A stretch of DNA of 64,000 nucleotides from Microthyrium microscopicum (GCA_010405405.1 MU004233.1:1738566-1802565), one strand, 5' to 3'. Positions 13,141 through 28,430 are shown, counted from the first letter of the stretch. Notes: generated by a model not told the origin, from the letters alone. Made by a program: numbers and translations.

Positions 13141-16100
13141 ATAGCCCTATACAAGTCTTATAATAAATAAAAGTAATTATAGTACCTACTGGCTTAATCT
13201 AGTATACTAATTAATTTAGATAAGTCTTTAGAATCTACTAATAATACCTTAGATGAAGAAGAAGCATCCATAAGAAATATAAGTAACTCTAGATAGTACT
13301 AATCTAAAGAGCAAGACGACAAGGATTTAGATAAACTATTTAAAGTAAAAAGCCTTAATATTAAACAAAATAACTATAATAAAATAGAGAATCCTTACTC
13401 TTTAGTAAGTCCTAATGAAATAAATACCTTAGAAAGTAAGAACGTATCTAACGTTAAGAATATATTAAAGTCTACTAACGAAGAAGATATCTTTAACTAG
13501 GCGCCTATAAAACTTCCTCGTAATTTAGTTTTGGAAATAGAAGAGATAAAGTTACAAAATAATGAAAACATTATACTTAACGTAGTTGTAAAGTACTATA
13601 ATAATTAGTATAGCGAATAAGGTTAGTAGTTTCTCGTACTTTGAGTTATAATATATTTCTTAATATTTTAATACCCTAGCTAACTATTATATTAGAGAAA
13701 ATAGTTAATATTCTTAAACTAGATCCTAAATATACTTTTAGTATAGTTCCTAAAAAGGTATTAGAATAGCTAAAAGATAATAAAGCAGGTAGGCTAAAGG
13801 ATACTACTAGACTATAGTTAGGTAGTATTAATTATAACTACTTTTGTTATAATATACCCTCTTAGTGTTAAACTAAATAGTATAACGAAAATGCTAAAAT
13901 AGCTAAGGCTTAAATCGTTAAGATATATCCTAATAATATCTTTATAAACTCTAAAGAATAATTCCCTATAGATATCGCTAGTAAATTAGATTAGGATAAG
14001 CTACTAAAATAATATATAAAAGATAGTCGTAGAAAAGAGAATAGCTATAACAAAGCTCTAATAATATATTCGTAGGGATTATTATAGAATTGTAAGGAAG
14101 TTAAATTAACTATAGTACTTTATATTAATCCTTTAGATTTAGATATTCTTTAGGAGTTTATACTCCTATATAGTAAGTAGTATTGCGTAATAAGAAGGAG
14201 GCAAATACTAACTATGCTATTAGTATAGTATAATAAGTAGATGTACGCTTTTTTATATAACTACCTTATCTATAAATTATTAAGCTAAATTAAACTAAAT
14301 AGGGGACTAAAGTCTCTTATTAAATAGCTCCTAATACTTAAAATTAACTCTAAAGACTAATACTATAAATAGGTAATAGGCAATAAGGATAATAAGATTA
14401 TAGTGCCTCTATTTAGATAAAATAAGCAAAATAGTAAAGAGGATAAAGTTAATAACCTTATAACTTTTGCTTGTATTATTTATAAGCTAATAATCTTATT
14501 TCTAGGCATATTTATTAAATGTTAACCTATAGACTCTAAAGAGCCTTGTAATATAAATAGAGTAAAGTATCTACTTAGTTATATAGTTACTAACTAGTAG
14601 CGTAGTTATATCTTAATCGTTTACATAGTAGACTAGGTTAGAAACGCTCTAGTATACAAATTTTTAAACGTTATTAACAAAAGACTAACGCTCTTTTATA
14701 ATAAGAAGAATAAGGAATAGCTTAGATTATTAATACTTTATAACCTTTTAAATAATAAGGCATAGGCTATTATATTTAGTATATTCTTTAATTTTACTTA
14801 GCATAGTAATAAGGCTCTTTAAGCTACTAAGGTAGCTAAAAGTTATTAAGAGTACTTTGTTATAAAGGAGATGAAATTTAAGAAATATAAAGAAGCGTAT
14901 AAAGATATAACGAACGGAAAAGCTAGATCTAAAAAGCGATTCGTTAAGAATGTTAACTATATTAACTCTATAGACAAAATTTTTTTAGCTTAGAAAAGAC
15001 TTAAAGTAATTAATACCTAAAATGTTTAGCGTTTCTAGTATATAGTAATACTAATAACAGAGCCTTAGCCTTTTAACTTTATAGTACAGACTTATAATAA
15101 ATACTATAAGTATAAAGTTCTAGAGTTCTTTAGAGTTATTAGTAGTAAGAGCTATAATAAAGATAGGGAATTTCCTAGTTTTAGTAAGTATAAAACTTAG
15201 AAGCAACTAACTCTACTATCCTATACTATTAAACTTAATAAATAGAAGATTAACTAACGTATACATAAAGAACTTAAAGTAGAGCGTATATATACTAAAA
15301 GTTAAGGAAATAATGCATTTGCTATAAATATCTTAGATAATAACGTACCTAAGCGTTAAGAGATAATTAGTACTATAGTAGTAGAGTAGGAGAAGTTTAG
15401 TAATAATAAGATATTAAGCCATATATAACTATTTTAGGACTATATAACGGCTCTTAGCCTTAATTATCTTAGCCCAAATTATATTACGTTTGCTAAAGAG
15501 GGTGCTTGTTTAACTAATCCTTAGCTGTGCAAATTAAGCGTTATTAATATCTTTCCCTATCTAAAGAACGCTACTAATAAGCTATAGGTTCCTAATATTA
15601 TTAGTAAGTAGAATTTCTATATTAAAAGAATATTATATGCCCTTTAAAGCTAGCCTATAACTTTATATTATTTAGCGCTCTTTATTAGAAATACTAGCTA
15701 ATATATATAACTATATAGATGTAGATATTATTCTTCGTTTCTAGAACTTAGAGGTTATATTAGGAGTACTTACTAGCATTATAGGCGCTAGTAAGAGTTT
15801 AATAGCTCTTATTGCTATTTTCTAGGATATATAGCATAAATATAAAATATATAATAATTTACTATATAAAGAGAATAAGGACTAGTAACAGATTAACTAT
15901 AATAAGAAGGAGGTAGTAAACTATAGATTCTACCTAACTAAGGTTATAATGCTACTAAATTATATATATACTTAGATTAATAAAGTAATTAAATTAATCT
16001 CCTAATAGAAAAAGGAGAGCACTAATAATTTTAGTTATTTAAATTTTAAGGTTATACTTTAGTATAGCTAACCTTAATAAGACAAAGTATCTCTAGTACG

Positions 16101-19100
16101 TATCCTTAATAGTAGGCAAGAGAATATAGATAATTAGTATTATAAGACAGAAAATACTAATTTAGTAGCTATATATTAAATTATTCTCTTACTATTAAGA
16201 ACATTATAAGCTTACGTAATTTAGTTAATTATACCTAGTTAACCTCCTAAAATTAATACCCTAGGTTTCTATAACTATACCTTAAATAAGGTATATAGCA
16301 AAATAAAGAAGTAAATAGGAAAGGAGTAAGAGAAAGCTACGCTAGCTTAAAGCTAACAAAATATAGTCTTACCTAGCTCTAAGAACAACTCTTAGGCTTA
16401 ATCGCCACTATTTAATAATGTACGTATAGTTAATAGCTTTTTATAATAGCTTAATAAGGCTAAAGAAGATTTAGAGGAAGAGGACGTTAACATAGTTTTA
16501 GATAATAAAGACGATCTAGAGAAGACTAACTATCGTACAGAATATTACAAAATTCTAGACAAAATGGAGTTTATTTAGCTATTTAAGTATACTAAATTTA
16601 AACGCCTAGTCATTAATAAAAGTTATATAACTATAAAGAATAATATAAATTAGTTATATCGTAGTATATTAAAGTTTCCCTTTACTAAAAATCTTTTACA
16701 TAAGCTTTTTTTAATTACTAGGACGCTCTTTAAGACTTAAATAGAAGATAGGTTAGCGTTAGTAAAGCTATTAACTCCTTAGTAGGTAAAAGGTATTAAA
16801 TTTCCCTATTAGATTAATTAGGCTAATAAGAATAAAGTTATAAGATTCTAAATCTACTCTATGGAACTAATATAGGATCTATTTAATCCTACTTAGGACG
16901 ATAGAGAGGCAATAGGTAAGGATTTTGTCTAGATATTTAGTCCTAATAAGAATAATATAAATACTTAATTTAAGAGAGCTTATAAATAAGTATTTAATAT
17001 TAATAATAAGAAGAATAGCTTTAAGTAAAGTTATAAGATTAGCATTTAGCTATTACTACTTTTGCTAGAGTAGTTTATCTTTACTTACAAAAGCCTAAGT
17101 TAAAATAATAATATTACGTTATTTAGTAAGAAAATATTATTACTATTTTTGCACATAACGTATACTTATCGTACACTTAATAGCTAAGTAAGTAATAGTA
17201 AGCATACAATTATTCTAGGAGCTAATAAGCTATTATGTCTATAATAATAGATTGTTGTAGATTATATCAACTAGCGCAATTATTATATATATAACCATCT
17301 AGCTAACGTATACTAAGCTAAAGTTTTAGAATTAATTACGCAAGAAGATTAAGAACTAAATTAATTCGTAAAGATTTTAATAGATCTAAGTCTCTAGCGA
17401 TATAAGCTTGCTATGGCTTTATTACTTAGAAGTAGAAGATTACTATACGGTGTAAAGCTAAAGAAGAATTTCACTAACAAATTACACAAATTATTACGTA
17501 TAATAAAGAGCTTAAGCCTTACAGGTGTTAATTAGCTTAAATTAAGCTAGTCTGTAAGTCGTAAGTAGAAGAGTAGAACAACTATAAATTCCTTAACTAC
17601 TATTACTAGTCCTATAGGTAAGTATATTAATACTTTTTTAGAAAGTGGCTAAATATATAGTATTAATTAGTTATTCTTAGGTACCGTAGTTAAGTAAGGG
17701 CTTTATCTACCTAAGAGTTAGGTAAAGATTATAGAATTCCTATTTAATGACTCCTTAAAACTTGCTATACTTACCTATTTATATTAGGACATATAGAAAA
17801 ATAGCTGGAGTTTTAGTATAACTGTAATTAAAAAAGCCTAGACTAAACATTAACCTAAATCTAAAGTCTTAGCTTTCTTTAATAGTCTTAAAAACTAGGG
17901 CCAATTTAAGTCTTACTTTACTAACTTAGGGTTTAAATACTACTTTATCCATATAGAAAATATATAGGCGAAACGCCTTAAAATTATCTAGGAGTATTTA
18001 AACAATCCTAATATAACTAAGTTACTTATCCCTTACGCTAGTTGCTTAATAGAGTTAAATAGCCTCTAAAATAAAAAAGGTAAGTTTAATATAGTTTTAT
18101 TAAGCTTTATAACTAGCATTAATATAGATTAGTCCTAGGCTATTACTTAACTCTTTTATATTAGCTAAGAAAAGATAGTTTATATTTAGTAAGTCCTTCT
18201 TAATAACTTAATTAATACTTCCTTAGAGTATAGCGCTACGAAGAAGATTAGTTTAGTATAGCTTACTAAGCTAAGTGCCTCTAGCTTTATGTTAAAATTT
18301 AATAATATACTAGCATATAAGAAGCTAGCCTAGTTTAAGAACTAGTAACAGAAGAAGGATAGGTTAATTATTTTCTTAAACTATAATTAATATTCTTAGG
18401 ATAAGCTTAAGATTATAAACTTTTATAGATATTATCTAGCCTACAAAGTCTTAACCAAAGTAGGTAACATTAGTAATTAGTCTTAGCTATTAGATAACGA
18501 GAGATTTTAATACTTGTATAATATATAATATAAGTAGGCCTTATATTTTTGTATTAAGATAGCTTACGCTATTTAGTAAACTATTACTAAATCTAATTCT
18601 AATAAGCGATTAGCTACTTATAAGATATTAAAGAAGTCTATACGTACTTATAAGTAAAAGCGTAATGTTAAAGACTCTAATCATAATAAGAAGACAAAGA
18701 TAGCTTATAATGTAGTAGTAGATAACGAAGCAGCATTAGAGGAAGAGACTTTTAATAATAAAGGATCTAAAGATTTAGATAGAGAGTCTTCTAATAGAGA
18801 AGGGTCTAATAGTAAAGGACCTAATAAATTAGATAGAGAGTCTTCTTATAATAAAGGGTCTAATAGTAAAGGACCTAATAAATTAGATAGAGAGTTATCT
18901 TATAATAAAGGGTCTAATAATAATTCTACCAATAAGTCTAATAGTAAGTTAGTAATATCTAATAATATAGCTATGCCTTAGGGCATAAGCTAGGATGGCT
19001 TTAGAAAGATTCCTTTAATAAAGCTAAGCTTATTAAGACTGCTTCTACTTACTCTTACAGACTTTTGAGATTTTATAAGTAATAATAAAAAGCGATAAGG

Positions 19101-20100
19101 TAACTTAACAAAATATAAAGATATACTAGGAATAGTAGGCCTTAATAATAGTTCTCTAATTTATTATAGGTATAACTACCTAGAGTACTATTAGAAATAG
19201 CTTAGAGCTAAGATAATTTATAGTCTTAATGAAATTGTTAGCTACTTAATAGATGATAGTTTGCTATTATAAGAAAAGCGCATAGATATAGCCTAGGCAG
19301 CTAAGAAAAGTAGTAAGGATATTACCTTTAGTAGGCTAGTAGTACTAGACTTAATAGTTAAATAGATCATTAGTTATATTAAGAAAGAAATAGGAGCATT
19401 AGACCTATATATACTAGATAATAAACTTAAATAAGAGGAAGCTAAAGAGCATAGCTATACTAGCGTAGAAAACCCTATTAATAATTATACTATAAATATT
19501 AACGTTTTAGAAGACGACTCTAACTATACACTAATTAATATAGAAGGTTAAGGAGTAACAACTTTAGTAGGAGCTAAGTCTATAAGCTAAGACATTGCCT
19601 TAGCATTAGTACTATAGTTAACATTACTTCTATAGGAGGACATAATAGTAAAAACTATTAAACGTGTTAAAGTAGACGTTAATAACTATAGTCTACTAGC
19701 TTTATCTCGCTATAGAAGTTAGAGCTATAGTTTAATAATATCTATAATGCGTTACAATTCTTATAGATCTACACGTTTGGCGTTACTTAGATTCACTAGT
19801 TAGCAAGTTAGTAAACATATATTAGCGCTACTAGCATTTATTCTAGAAAGCACCTTAAGTACTAAGTAGGTTTAGCATACTAGCAATTTTGACTTAGATA
19901 TTTTAATAAATATAGCGTCTACTACTAATTTACAATTAGCCTCTCGTAAAAAGAGCTAGAAGAGCTTAAAGTACTAAGTTTTTTTATTAGGGCGTAGGTT
20001 ACTCTAAGTAAGTAGGCTATTAGAGGCAGGTAGGATTTTAGCTAAGATAATATAACGAATAATGTTTTTCTATAGCTAAATAGAGCGTATTTATTTAAAT
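13141..20100 (+). pseudogene. SNF2/SWI2-family SF2 ATPase pseudogene with long N- and C-terminal extensions
   Basis: Walker A GVLTSIIGASKS (~15763-15798; …MGAGKS). Motif II KRLVINKSYITIKN (~16600-16640; RLVIDESH..IKN). Motif III FLITRTLF (~16710; LITGTPF). Motif IV KVLAFF (~17863). Motif VI *AIT*LFYIS*EKIVYI* (~18136-18190; QAIARLFRIGQEK.VHIW). Order and spacing match SNF2_N plus Helicase_C. Confidence 0.9.
18760..18925 (+). repeat. 54-bp (18-codon) tandem repeat x3 in the acidic tail of the SNF2 relic
   Basis: GATAGAGAG at 18778, 18832 and 18886. Confidence 0.9.
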
Positions 20101-21010
20101 AATATTATAAAATATTAGGGTAAAGAATTATATACTAATTACTTAGTAATAAGGTAAAAGAGTATTAGATAGATAAATTATAGTCTTCTAGCTGCCTTAC
20201 AAAATAAAGTCCTTTTATAATAAAAAGTACTTTATTATAGTAATAGGTTATACTAGAATCGTCCTACCTAGAATTACTATTACTTTATATATACCTAGGT
20301 AAGGTTATCTACTTACTAATAGTCTATTATATAGACCTTAATAAAGCACTACCTATTAATAAAGTTAAAGTTACTTTAAGCCTCTAAAAAAATAAGTAAT
20401 AATATAATAATGCTATTTTAGTTCGTATTATAGTAAAGCTATAATTATACATAATAAGTAAGACAATTTCTAGTTTAAAGTCATAAAGCACCTACCTTAC
20501 TAAGGCTACTTAATATAGTATTTATTATAAGTAGGTACCTATATATAACATAAGTAAAGATAAGTAAGATAATAATAGAGTAGTTTAGACTTATACTTAC
20601 TATACAATTAGAATATTTTTAATACTAAATAATACTAATTACTATTACTATTTAATCAAAATTACTATATACTTAGTAGAGGCGTTAATACTAAAGGCTT
20701 ACTACTATATTTATAGCGAAAATAGTTAAGTGAAGTTAGAGTATAAGTATTAGATCTCTATAGTACCTCTACTATAGATTATAGCTAGCGTACTTAGACT
20801 ACTTAGGCAACTAAGTATTTATCTCCTACGTTAGTACTATAAAATATATATTTAAAATATTAGGTAATATACTTAGGCTAGAAAAGTAGAATAGTAATCC
20901 TATATATATAGTATTATTATATAGCTACTTTAGCTAATAAATTATCTCTAAGTAGGTATATAGGTATATAGGTATCTATTAAGTATATATTATGCTTATT
21001 ACCATTATAT

Positions 21011-21143
21011 TAGGTTAAAATTATAATAGCTAGGAATATAACGTATAGAGAAGGAGATTAGGATCCTATGCTTAAAGGTAAGCTTACTAAGCCTTAAGCA
21101 TTAGAGGGGACTAAGCGTACCTAGAGATAAGCTTATAGCTTAG
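21011..21143 (+). repeat. Dispersed ~130-bp repeat, copy 1 (copy 2 at 42608-42741)
   Basis: GGAGATTAGGATCCTATGCTTAAAGGTAAGCTTACTAAGCCTTAAGCATTAGAGGGGACTAAGCGTACCTAGAGATAAGCTT aligns with 42650 onward. Confidence 0.85.
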
Positions 21144-21949
21144 CATATTTATAAAAAGGGATAATTTAATTTTACGTCTTAACTAAATATAATATTAATA
21201 TTAAGTTAGTATAAATTATTATAGATATATAGGTACGTAGGTAAGTAGGTACGTTGCATAAAAGTAGATAGATATATTTAGTATAGCATCTACTATACCC
21301 TAAAAATAAGCAATATATAGAGCCTTTAGCCATCCTATAGGTATATTTAATATACTTAACTTAGATAAGCGTATTATATTTTAATAGCTTGTAGTAAGCT
21401 ATCTTCTCTTCTAACTATTGTTTTACAGCTAGCTTATTAAACTTAAAATTATATAATAGCATAATTATAAAGCTTACTAGTTTTAGATTAGAGCTAGTTC
21501 TTATCTTAGACGCTATCCTCTTTTGTATAGTATATACTTAGGATTATAGTTTAAGTATAAATATATATAGTATTCTCTCTAATACGCTTAACTAGGTACT
21601 TAGTTTTAGAGTTATTCCTATATAACCTATAATATTTGCTTTCTAAACTACTAGTCTCCTTCTTAACTAATCTATACTATTTTTATTCTATCTTTATTAC
21701 CTTCTTGTCTATACTAGAAATAATACTATACATAGTTCCTAAATCTAAATCTAATTTCCATATACGTAGTTTGTTAGCACTATTAACTACGTATAACTAT
21801 ACTTTTAGTACTTACTCCTCGTAGTACAAACCTTATAGTTAGTAGTTCCACCTATTACTAAGATGCTATTATTACTACCTACGTTAGTAGTATAATATAC
21901 TCTTAGGTAATAGTTACTATACTAACCTTGTTACAATTACTTAATTTAG

Positions 21950-22560
21950 TAGACTTAATAACACGTAGTGTCCAAGGGAGCTAAGCTTATTAAGCATTCA
22001 ACGCAATCTTATCTTATTTAAGGCTATAATAACTAAGGACTAGCGCTATACTAAAAATTCTAATATGTTGTAATATTAATAGGAACTTAAATTTATTAAG
22101 TAATTAGACGACCTAGCTTATACATTTAAGGAAGTTATTCTCTACAAACTAAAAGAACTAAATAAGTGCCTATATAATAAGTTGCTAGATAAGCTTATAA
22201 GCTCGTCGTGTAATAGCTATACGTTATAGAAGCAAAAGTTAGACCGCTACTTAGCTATAAAGGGTATATAGAATATAGTATTTACTAGTAATAAGATATA
22301 TTAGAGGAAGCTACCTTTAGCGTAACGTCCTATACAAGAATACTTAAATACTTACGTCTATAACTTCTTAAATTAATTCTATAAGCAATACCTATTAATA
22401 AACTATACTTATATAAGTAGTAAGCTAGGGCACATATAGTACGTCTCCAACTAGATTTATTAGGCATTAGAGGATAGGAAGTTTAAATAGGTTACCCCTA
22501 AATAGCTAGTATATAGGTAGTTATTCTATTTACTTAGGTAGTTATTATATTATTAGATTT
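21950..22560 (+). pseudogene. RIP-degenerated coding relic, product unknown
   Basis: Protein-like frame (ELKFIK*LDDLAYTFKEVILYKLKELNKCLYNKLLDKL…). Confidence 0.3.
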
Positions 22561-23599
22561 AATTAGTAGAAATATTATACACGTTACTCTATAACTATAT
22601 ACTAGCAGACCTAAGAATAAAACAAGATTAGGTTATATTTAGCCTTAGCTAATATCTTACTCTAGAAATAAAGTTATTTATATACTAAGTATAATACGAT
22701 ATATACTATTAATATTAGAATATAGGGTTAAGATATTACCCAGACTATTTTACCTAATAAAAAGTTAGCTAGACCTATATAATTAGCAAGAGTACATAAT
22801 GCTAACTAGCTTACCTATATTTAAATTTATCCGTAGTTACTACATTTACTAACAGACAAAAAAACCTACATATATTAATATATACATTAAATTTTTAATT
22901 AATATAATGTCTATTACAGTATTATCGCTTTTACATACCTATAGCAGGTACCTACTTTATGCTTCAAGATATAAATAATTAGTACTACTACTACTTACAA
23001 AACTTCTAGTTACTTACTACTAGCTACTGCTACTAGAGGGGAGGATACACCTAATAATAATAGTTACATATTAGAACATAAAATTTAAACTACGCTACAA
23101 CTTAAAGGAAATAAAGCTATATATTCTTAGCTAAATTAACGATTAACTACTTACTAAGTTAGTAAGTACCTAAAGTACCCTATCTATAGCGTTACTTAAA
23201 TTTTGATTACTAACTCTTTACTATTAGCATATACGTAGTTTGACTATAATATAGGGTTATAATACTTAGTTAACTACGTAATGTATTAAAACACAACCTA
23301 CTTAGACTATAAGGTATACTTACTTTTAATTAATACTAACCTATATACTTATATTTATATACTAGTTATCTATATTATATCTACCTTTATTAGGAGTTCG
23401 TTATTACAATTTAATTAAGTAAAGAGTTATACAAGTTTAGATAGTTCGTTTCTTCCTTTTATATTACGTTATTTTATACTAACTATATATTATTAGTTAA
23501 TAGTTACTACTAAACATAATACTATAAAGCTACTCCCTCTTCTAGTCTTCTACTTTCTATTACCCTTTTTAACTACAGTAGACTATTTATTATATTTAT

Positions 23600-25170
23600 A
23601 TATATAATTTCTAGCCTATCTGACATCCGTTATATTATAAGTCGTACTAGCACTATAGCGAAAGAATCTACCTCTAATAATCGTTCCAATCTAGATATTA
23701 ACTATAATAACTTAATAACTTGCGCTAGTCCCTCCTATAATCCTCACTATTCTATATTATTACCTAATATATAAGGCTAGCTAGTACCTACTATTAATAA
23801 TAAATACTATTACGCTAATTATGTTTATATAAAGCTAATAAAAGCATAGGTCTTTAAACTCCCCTTGCAAAATAATAAGCTATATAGTCATTAACAATAT
23901 TAGATGCCCTTTAAGCAACTTACTTTGCCTAAGTTACGTAACCCTACCAATTTCTATCTATATATTATTAATTAGGTATATTTATTAGTACTTAGCTCCT
24001 TAACTAGATATATAATAAAAGATCTTATTACTAGCATCGCTAGTAAAAGCGTAGTTATATAGAATATATATACGCTAAATTACTTTATACTAGCAACTAG
24101 TAGTTATAATTTCTATCTTACCCTTAGCATGCCTAGGGTAAAATAGATAAGTAATCTATACATATGCTTTATTAACTATAAATATACTAAAGAGTATATA
24201 TTCAAAGATTTTACTACAAATACCTTACCCATCGCCTACTAGGGACTTACTACTTACTATTATAATAGCCTCTTTATTTACTATTTACTTATTGGATACA
24301 AATAAGGATATAAATAGCATTATTATATCTCTATTACTACTAAACAAGTATTAGTACATATCTTAGGCAGAGCCCTAGCGCACAAAGGCAAAAAGTAGGC
24401 AGATAATTAGCAAGAAGTACCTAAATAGTTAAGTAATAAATAGCTATACCCTAATGTTTATAGTTAGCAAATTACTAATAACCTATATCTTACTAAGACT
24501 AAACTTAAGCCTAAAGTTAACAACTTTTTACTACTAGAGGCATTACTTAAGCTATATTAATAGAATGTAGGGTAATTTAAGCCCTCTAAACTAGGTAGTT
24601 AGAGCAAGAAATATAATTCTTATTATCTACTTAAATAGATTTACTTACTACGTATTAACTAACTCTATATCTTTAACTTATACTTATAGCTAAGTAATTA
24701 TACCGTCGCTAAGTTAGTTACTAAATAGACTAATTTACTATTAGTAGGGTAGACTATATTATTAGGCTATAGAGCGTAGTACTCTATATAGGCTTCATAT
24801 ATGCTTTTTCTTTCTATAATGTAGAGAAGTAGAAAGTTATTAATACTAGGATGAATTAATTTTAAGTATTCTATATTCTGCTTAAGTATCCTTAAAGTAA
24901 CGTTAAAGATAATAAGAGGATAATATACCTAGCTAATATATACTTTATTTAAGTAGGACTTTTTTAATATAAATAGTACGTATAAGTTATTACTATCTAG
25001 TACTATCTAGTTAGTAATTATCCTAGGATAAGCATTAGACTTAAAGCTTAATATAATTATACTACGTAGTGCCCCTTTCGTTATTTTATTAATATAAGTA
25101 TAGCTAACGAGATATATCCTAGACGTTAATCTAGATAGAAGCATACTAGAAATAAGATATAGTTAGTTTA
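23600..25170 (+). pseudogene. RIP-degenerated coding relic (~1.5 kb), product unknown
   Basis: Long protein-like frame (SDIRYIISRTSTIAKESTSNNRS…LVHILGRALAHKGKK…). Confidence 0.4.
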
Positions 25171-27479
25171 TAATAAGTAGAAGTAGATAAGTTATATTAC
25201 ATAGTTAACACCTACCTACGTAGTACTAAACTTAGAACTAAAATAACTATACAATAAAGCCTAAATAAAGGTATATCATAGATCTTAGCTCTTAATTAGT
25301 AACAATATTCCTTAATGCAGTAACATTAATATATTCTCGCCTCTTTAGTATAAAACGCATAACCACTAGGAGCATTAAACCATCTAGCTAACCATCTAGT
25401 ATTAACCCATATTATAACGAAGTAATATAGCTCTTAAAAAGGTAGGTAATATTTATATAGAAGGCTTACTAATTAGTTTTTAAAGTATAGGGTATTATAA
25501 TATAATACTATTATTTAGCTACTAAGGTCTATTAAGAGGCATATATTAGCGATTATAGTATATAAACTTTAGGTACCTATATAGGTATATACCTAAGTAA
25601 AAGGTAGAGTTGCCTAACTAACTAGAGTACGTTTACTTACTTATACTATACTTAGCTAGTAGACTATAGTTACTCTACGTGTTATATATATTAAGCTATT
25701 TGCTATTTTTTATATAGTCTATAGTTACTAGTATTTTTGCTATATATACTACTCTTTTGCTACTACTTTATTAGAGGTTATATATCATTATAGTATTAAC
25801 TTTAAAGTAACTTTAAGTACTATATAGACTAGAGTAAAGCTTATATTTAGTAGTTATAGTTTAGTAGTCTAGAGTGTAATAGCTTTAGGTAATATATACA
25901 TATATCTTTAATATATTAGCTAGTAGAGTACTAGCTACTAGTTAGTAAAGTAGAGGTAGCTTATACTTAAGGTTAGGTTTTTATTATATAACTCTAGAAT
26001 AAAGAATAATTCGTATTAGAGTTAAGACGTAGTATACTATAATAAGTTTAATATAGGCTAGTAGATAATACCTAGCTATTATAATCCTAAGTATTATTTA
26101 GTAGCGTTAGTTTTTACTATAGTAATTCTATATTTCTAATACGTTATAAAAGGAGAAAGGCAACGTAATAGTTATATTGCTCTACCGTCTAATTTTCGTA
26201 TAATTCTTTAATCTTAGATATTAGATTAGCATCATAATATATATATATTCTATCTAGTAGAGGCCTTACTCTTCTTAGGCCTAAGCATAGTTTAATATAT
26301 ATACTTTAAACTTTTACTACGAAAAAGGGGTTTAGTTAAAGTAGATTAGACGTTAGTATTATTAGTAATAATAATAACCTAAAACGCTATAAGAACCTTT
26401 CTTTTACTATTATAGTAAGTACAATGTATAATTAGGTACATAGCTAAGCTACTATTATACTAATTATAAGGTTTATATTTCTTTCTAAATAGTTATATTA
26501 TTCTAGTAGACTAGGTATAGAAGAATAAGGATTTAGGTTAGATTAAAGTAGCATATTTATAGGACGTTAGAAGTTAGAATAGAGAGTATATAACGTTTAG
26601 CTACTAAATATAATTACCCTAAGCCTAAATATTAATTAGCAACTATAGTCTACGCGGACTATATAGCTTAATACATTAGTCCGCGCTAGCATAGTTCCTA
26701 GCTTGTTAGCTGCCCCTATTTTATTAGCTTAATAAGCGCTTAGACTAGGTTAAGCCTAATAGCATCTATATATAGTTATATATAGAGTTTATTAGTTTTG
26801 CTTATCTCTAAATTATAATACGTATATAGTATATAGTTATCTTATATATTTATATAAAAACCACGTTAGCTAGTTATATAGATATATAGCTTTAGAGAAT
26901 TAATAATAGCTAATTAAATTAAAACGTATACCTTAGCGCAATTAAGTTCTTACCTTCTAAATAATCTTTATAAAGTAGAAAGTAATTAACTCTCTTAATA
27001 GGCTATAGGCTATAGTCTAGCTTACGAATATTAAGGAGTAAATATTATTTAACTAAAGCTATGTTTATACTTAGTCTTAAGGCTTATAGAACCTACTCTT
27101 GTGTAAATTATTTATATTAAGGGTTTAACTATCTCTAGTTAGGTACTATAAAACAATATTAGCGTATCTTTCTTAAATAGACTAGCGTTTTAGTACAAAT
27201 TTATATAGATTTAGATAGACACTTTTAATGTTTAGTACGTAGTAGACTATTTAAGTATTAGATTTAAAACCTACCTATATAGCTATTTAACCTTGCTATC
27301 CTTATTTATAATCCTTCTAATAGATAGCAATACTACATTTTTAGTTATCTAGCCCTAGCATAGATACAACTAGATAAAAAAAATAGTATATTTAATAGTA
27401 TTAATAATAAATATAGTAGCAAAGTACTTTATTATAATATACTTAGTTTAAAATACTTATTATAAAGATAACAAATTTT

Positions 27480-28430
27480 TTATTACTTATAAGGAAAGAA
27501 TTAGCAACTATAGATAACAAAGTATCCTTTAACTATTATTATTATTAACTAATTATGCTAGCTTTATTTAATGTAGCTCTAATAGAGTTACTTTATTTAT
27601 AAACTCTACTACCTAGTTATTATGTTTAAGTCTATATATACACCTATACAGCATATAATAATAATCTTGTATTACTCTTAGTACTACAAATAATAGCATA
27701 GAGATTAAATATATAAACTTCTATATAACATTATATAGTAAGTTAATTACATTAATACGCTTATAAAATTAACTATCATTAAAGTCTACTATAATTAGAG
27801 GGTAGAAGGCTTAACTTAGCGTAATACTATTTAATATACTACTATTAGAAATTATAAGAATCCTTAAGTTCTATAACTAGTACTCCTTAAGGCTAAGTAG
27901 TTTTAGGGTTTAAAAGTCCTACGTTCTTACTAATAGTTCTATGCTATTAGTTATAAAGTTAGATATTATAACTTTTCATTCATCTAGTATAGTATATAGT
28001 TTAATAACTACAATTAGCGTATTCTAGAGTCCGCTACTCTTAATAAACCTAATATTAAGTAGACAAATTAGCTTAATAGAATATAAAGCTCTTATACAAG
28101 TTTTACTTACCTTCTAATTATAGTACTAGTTAAAAGAACAACTATATAGCAAAGCTAGTACTTAATATTATAAGCTCTTAGTATTATTTCTATAGCCTAT
28201 AGTAGGCTTGTTTAGATGCTATAGTTTATTCTAAGCAACGTATAGCTTATATTGGCCGCTAGGTTAGTATAACTTAACTTTTACTAATTACTTTGCTAGA
28301 ACTACTAATATAGACTTAAGCTAGTATATAGCTAATCGCTAATATTTGTTATTATTATCAAGAGGGTTAGACAATACTTTAATAATACTTTATTAAAATT
28401 ATATTATATTTAGTAAGTAACTAGGCATTC
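27480..28430 (-). pseudogene. Minus-strand intron-containing coding relic, product unknown
   Basis: GTAAGT…GCTAAT…TAG intron on the minus strand (~28110-28050), flanked by protein-like frames. Confidence 0.3.

Noticed and set aside
21636..21824. 62-aa ORF from the track
   Set aside because: It starts at TTG, has the L/Y/I/S/T-rich composition typical of chance frames in RIPed DNA, and contains no motif.
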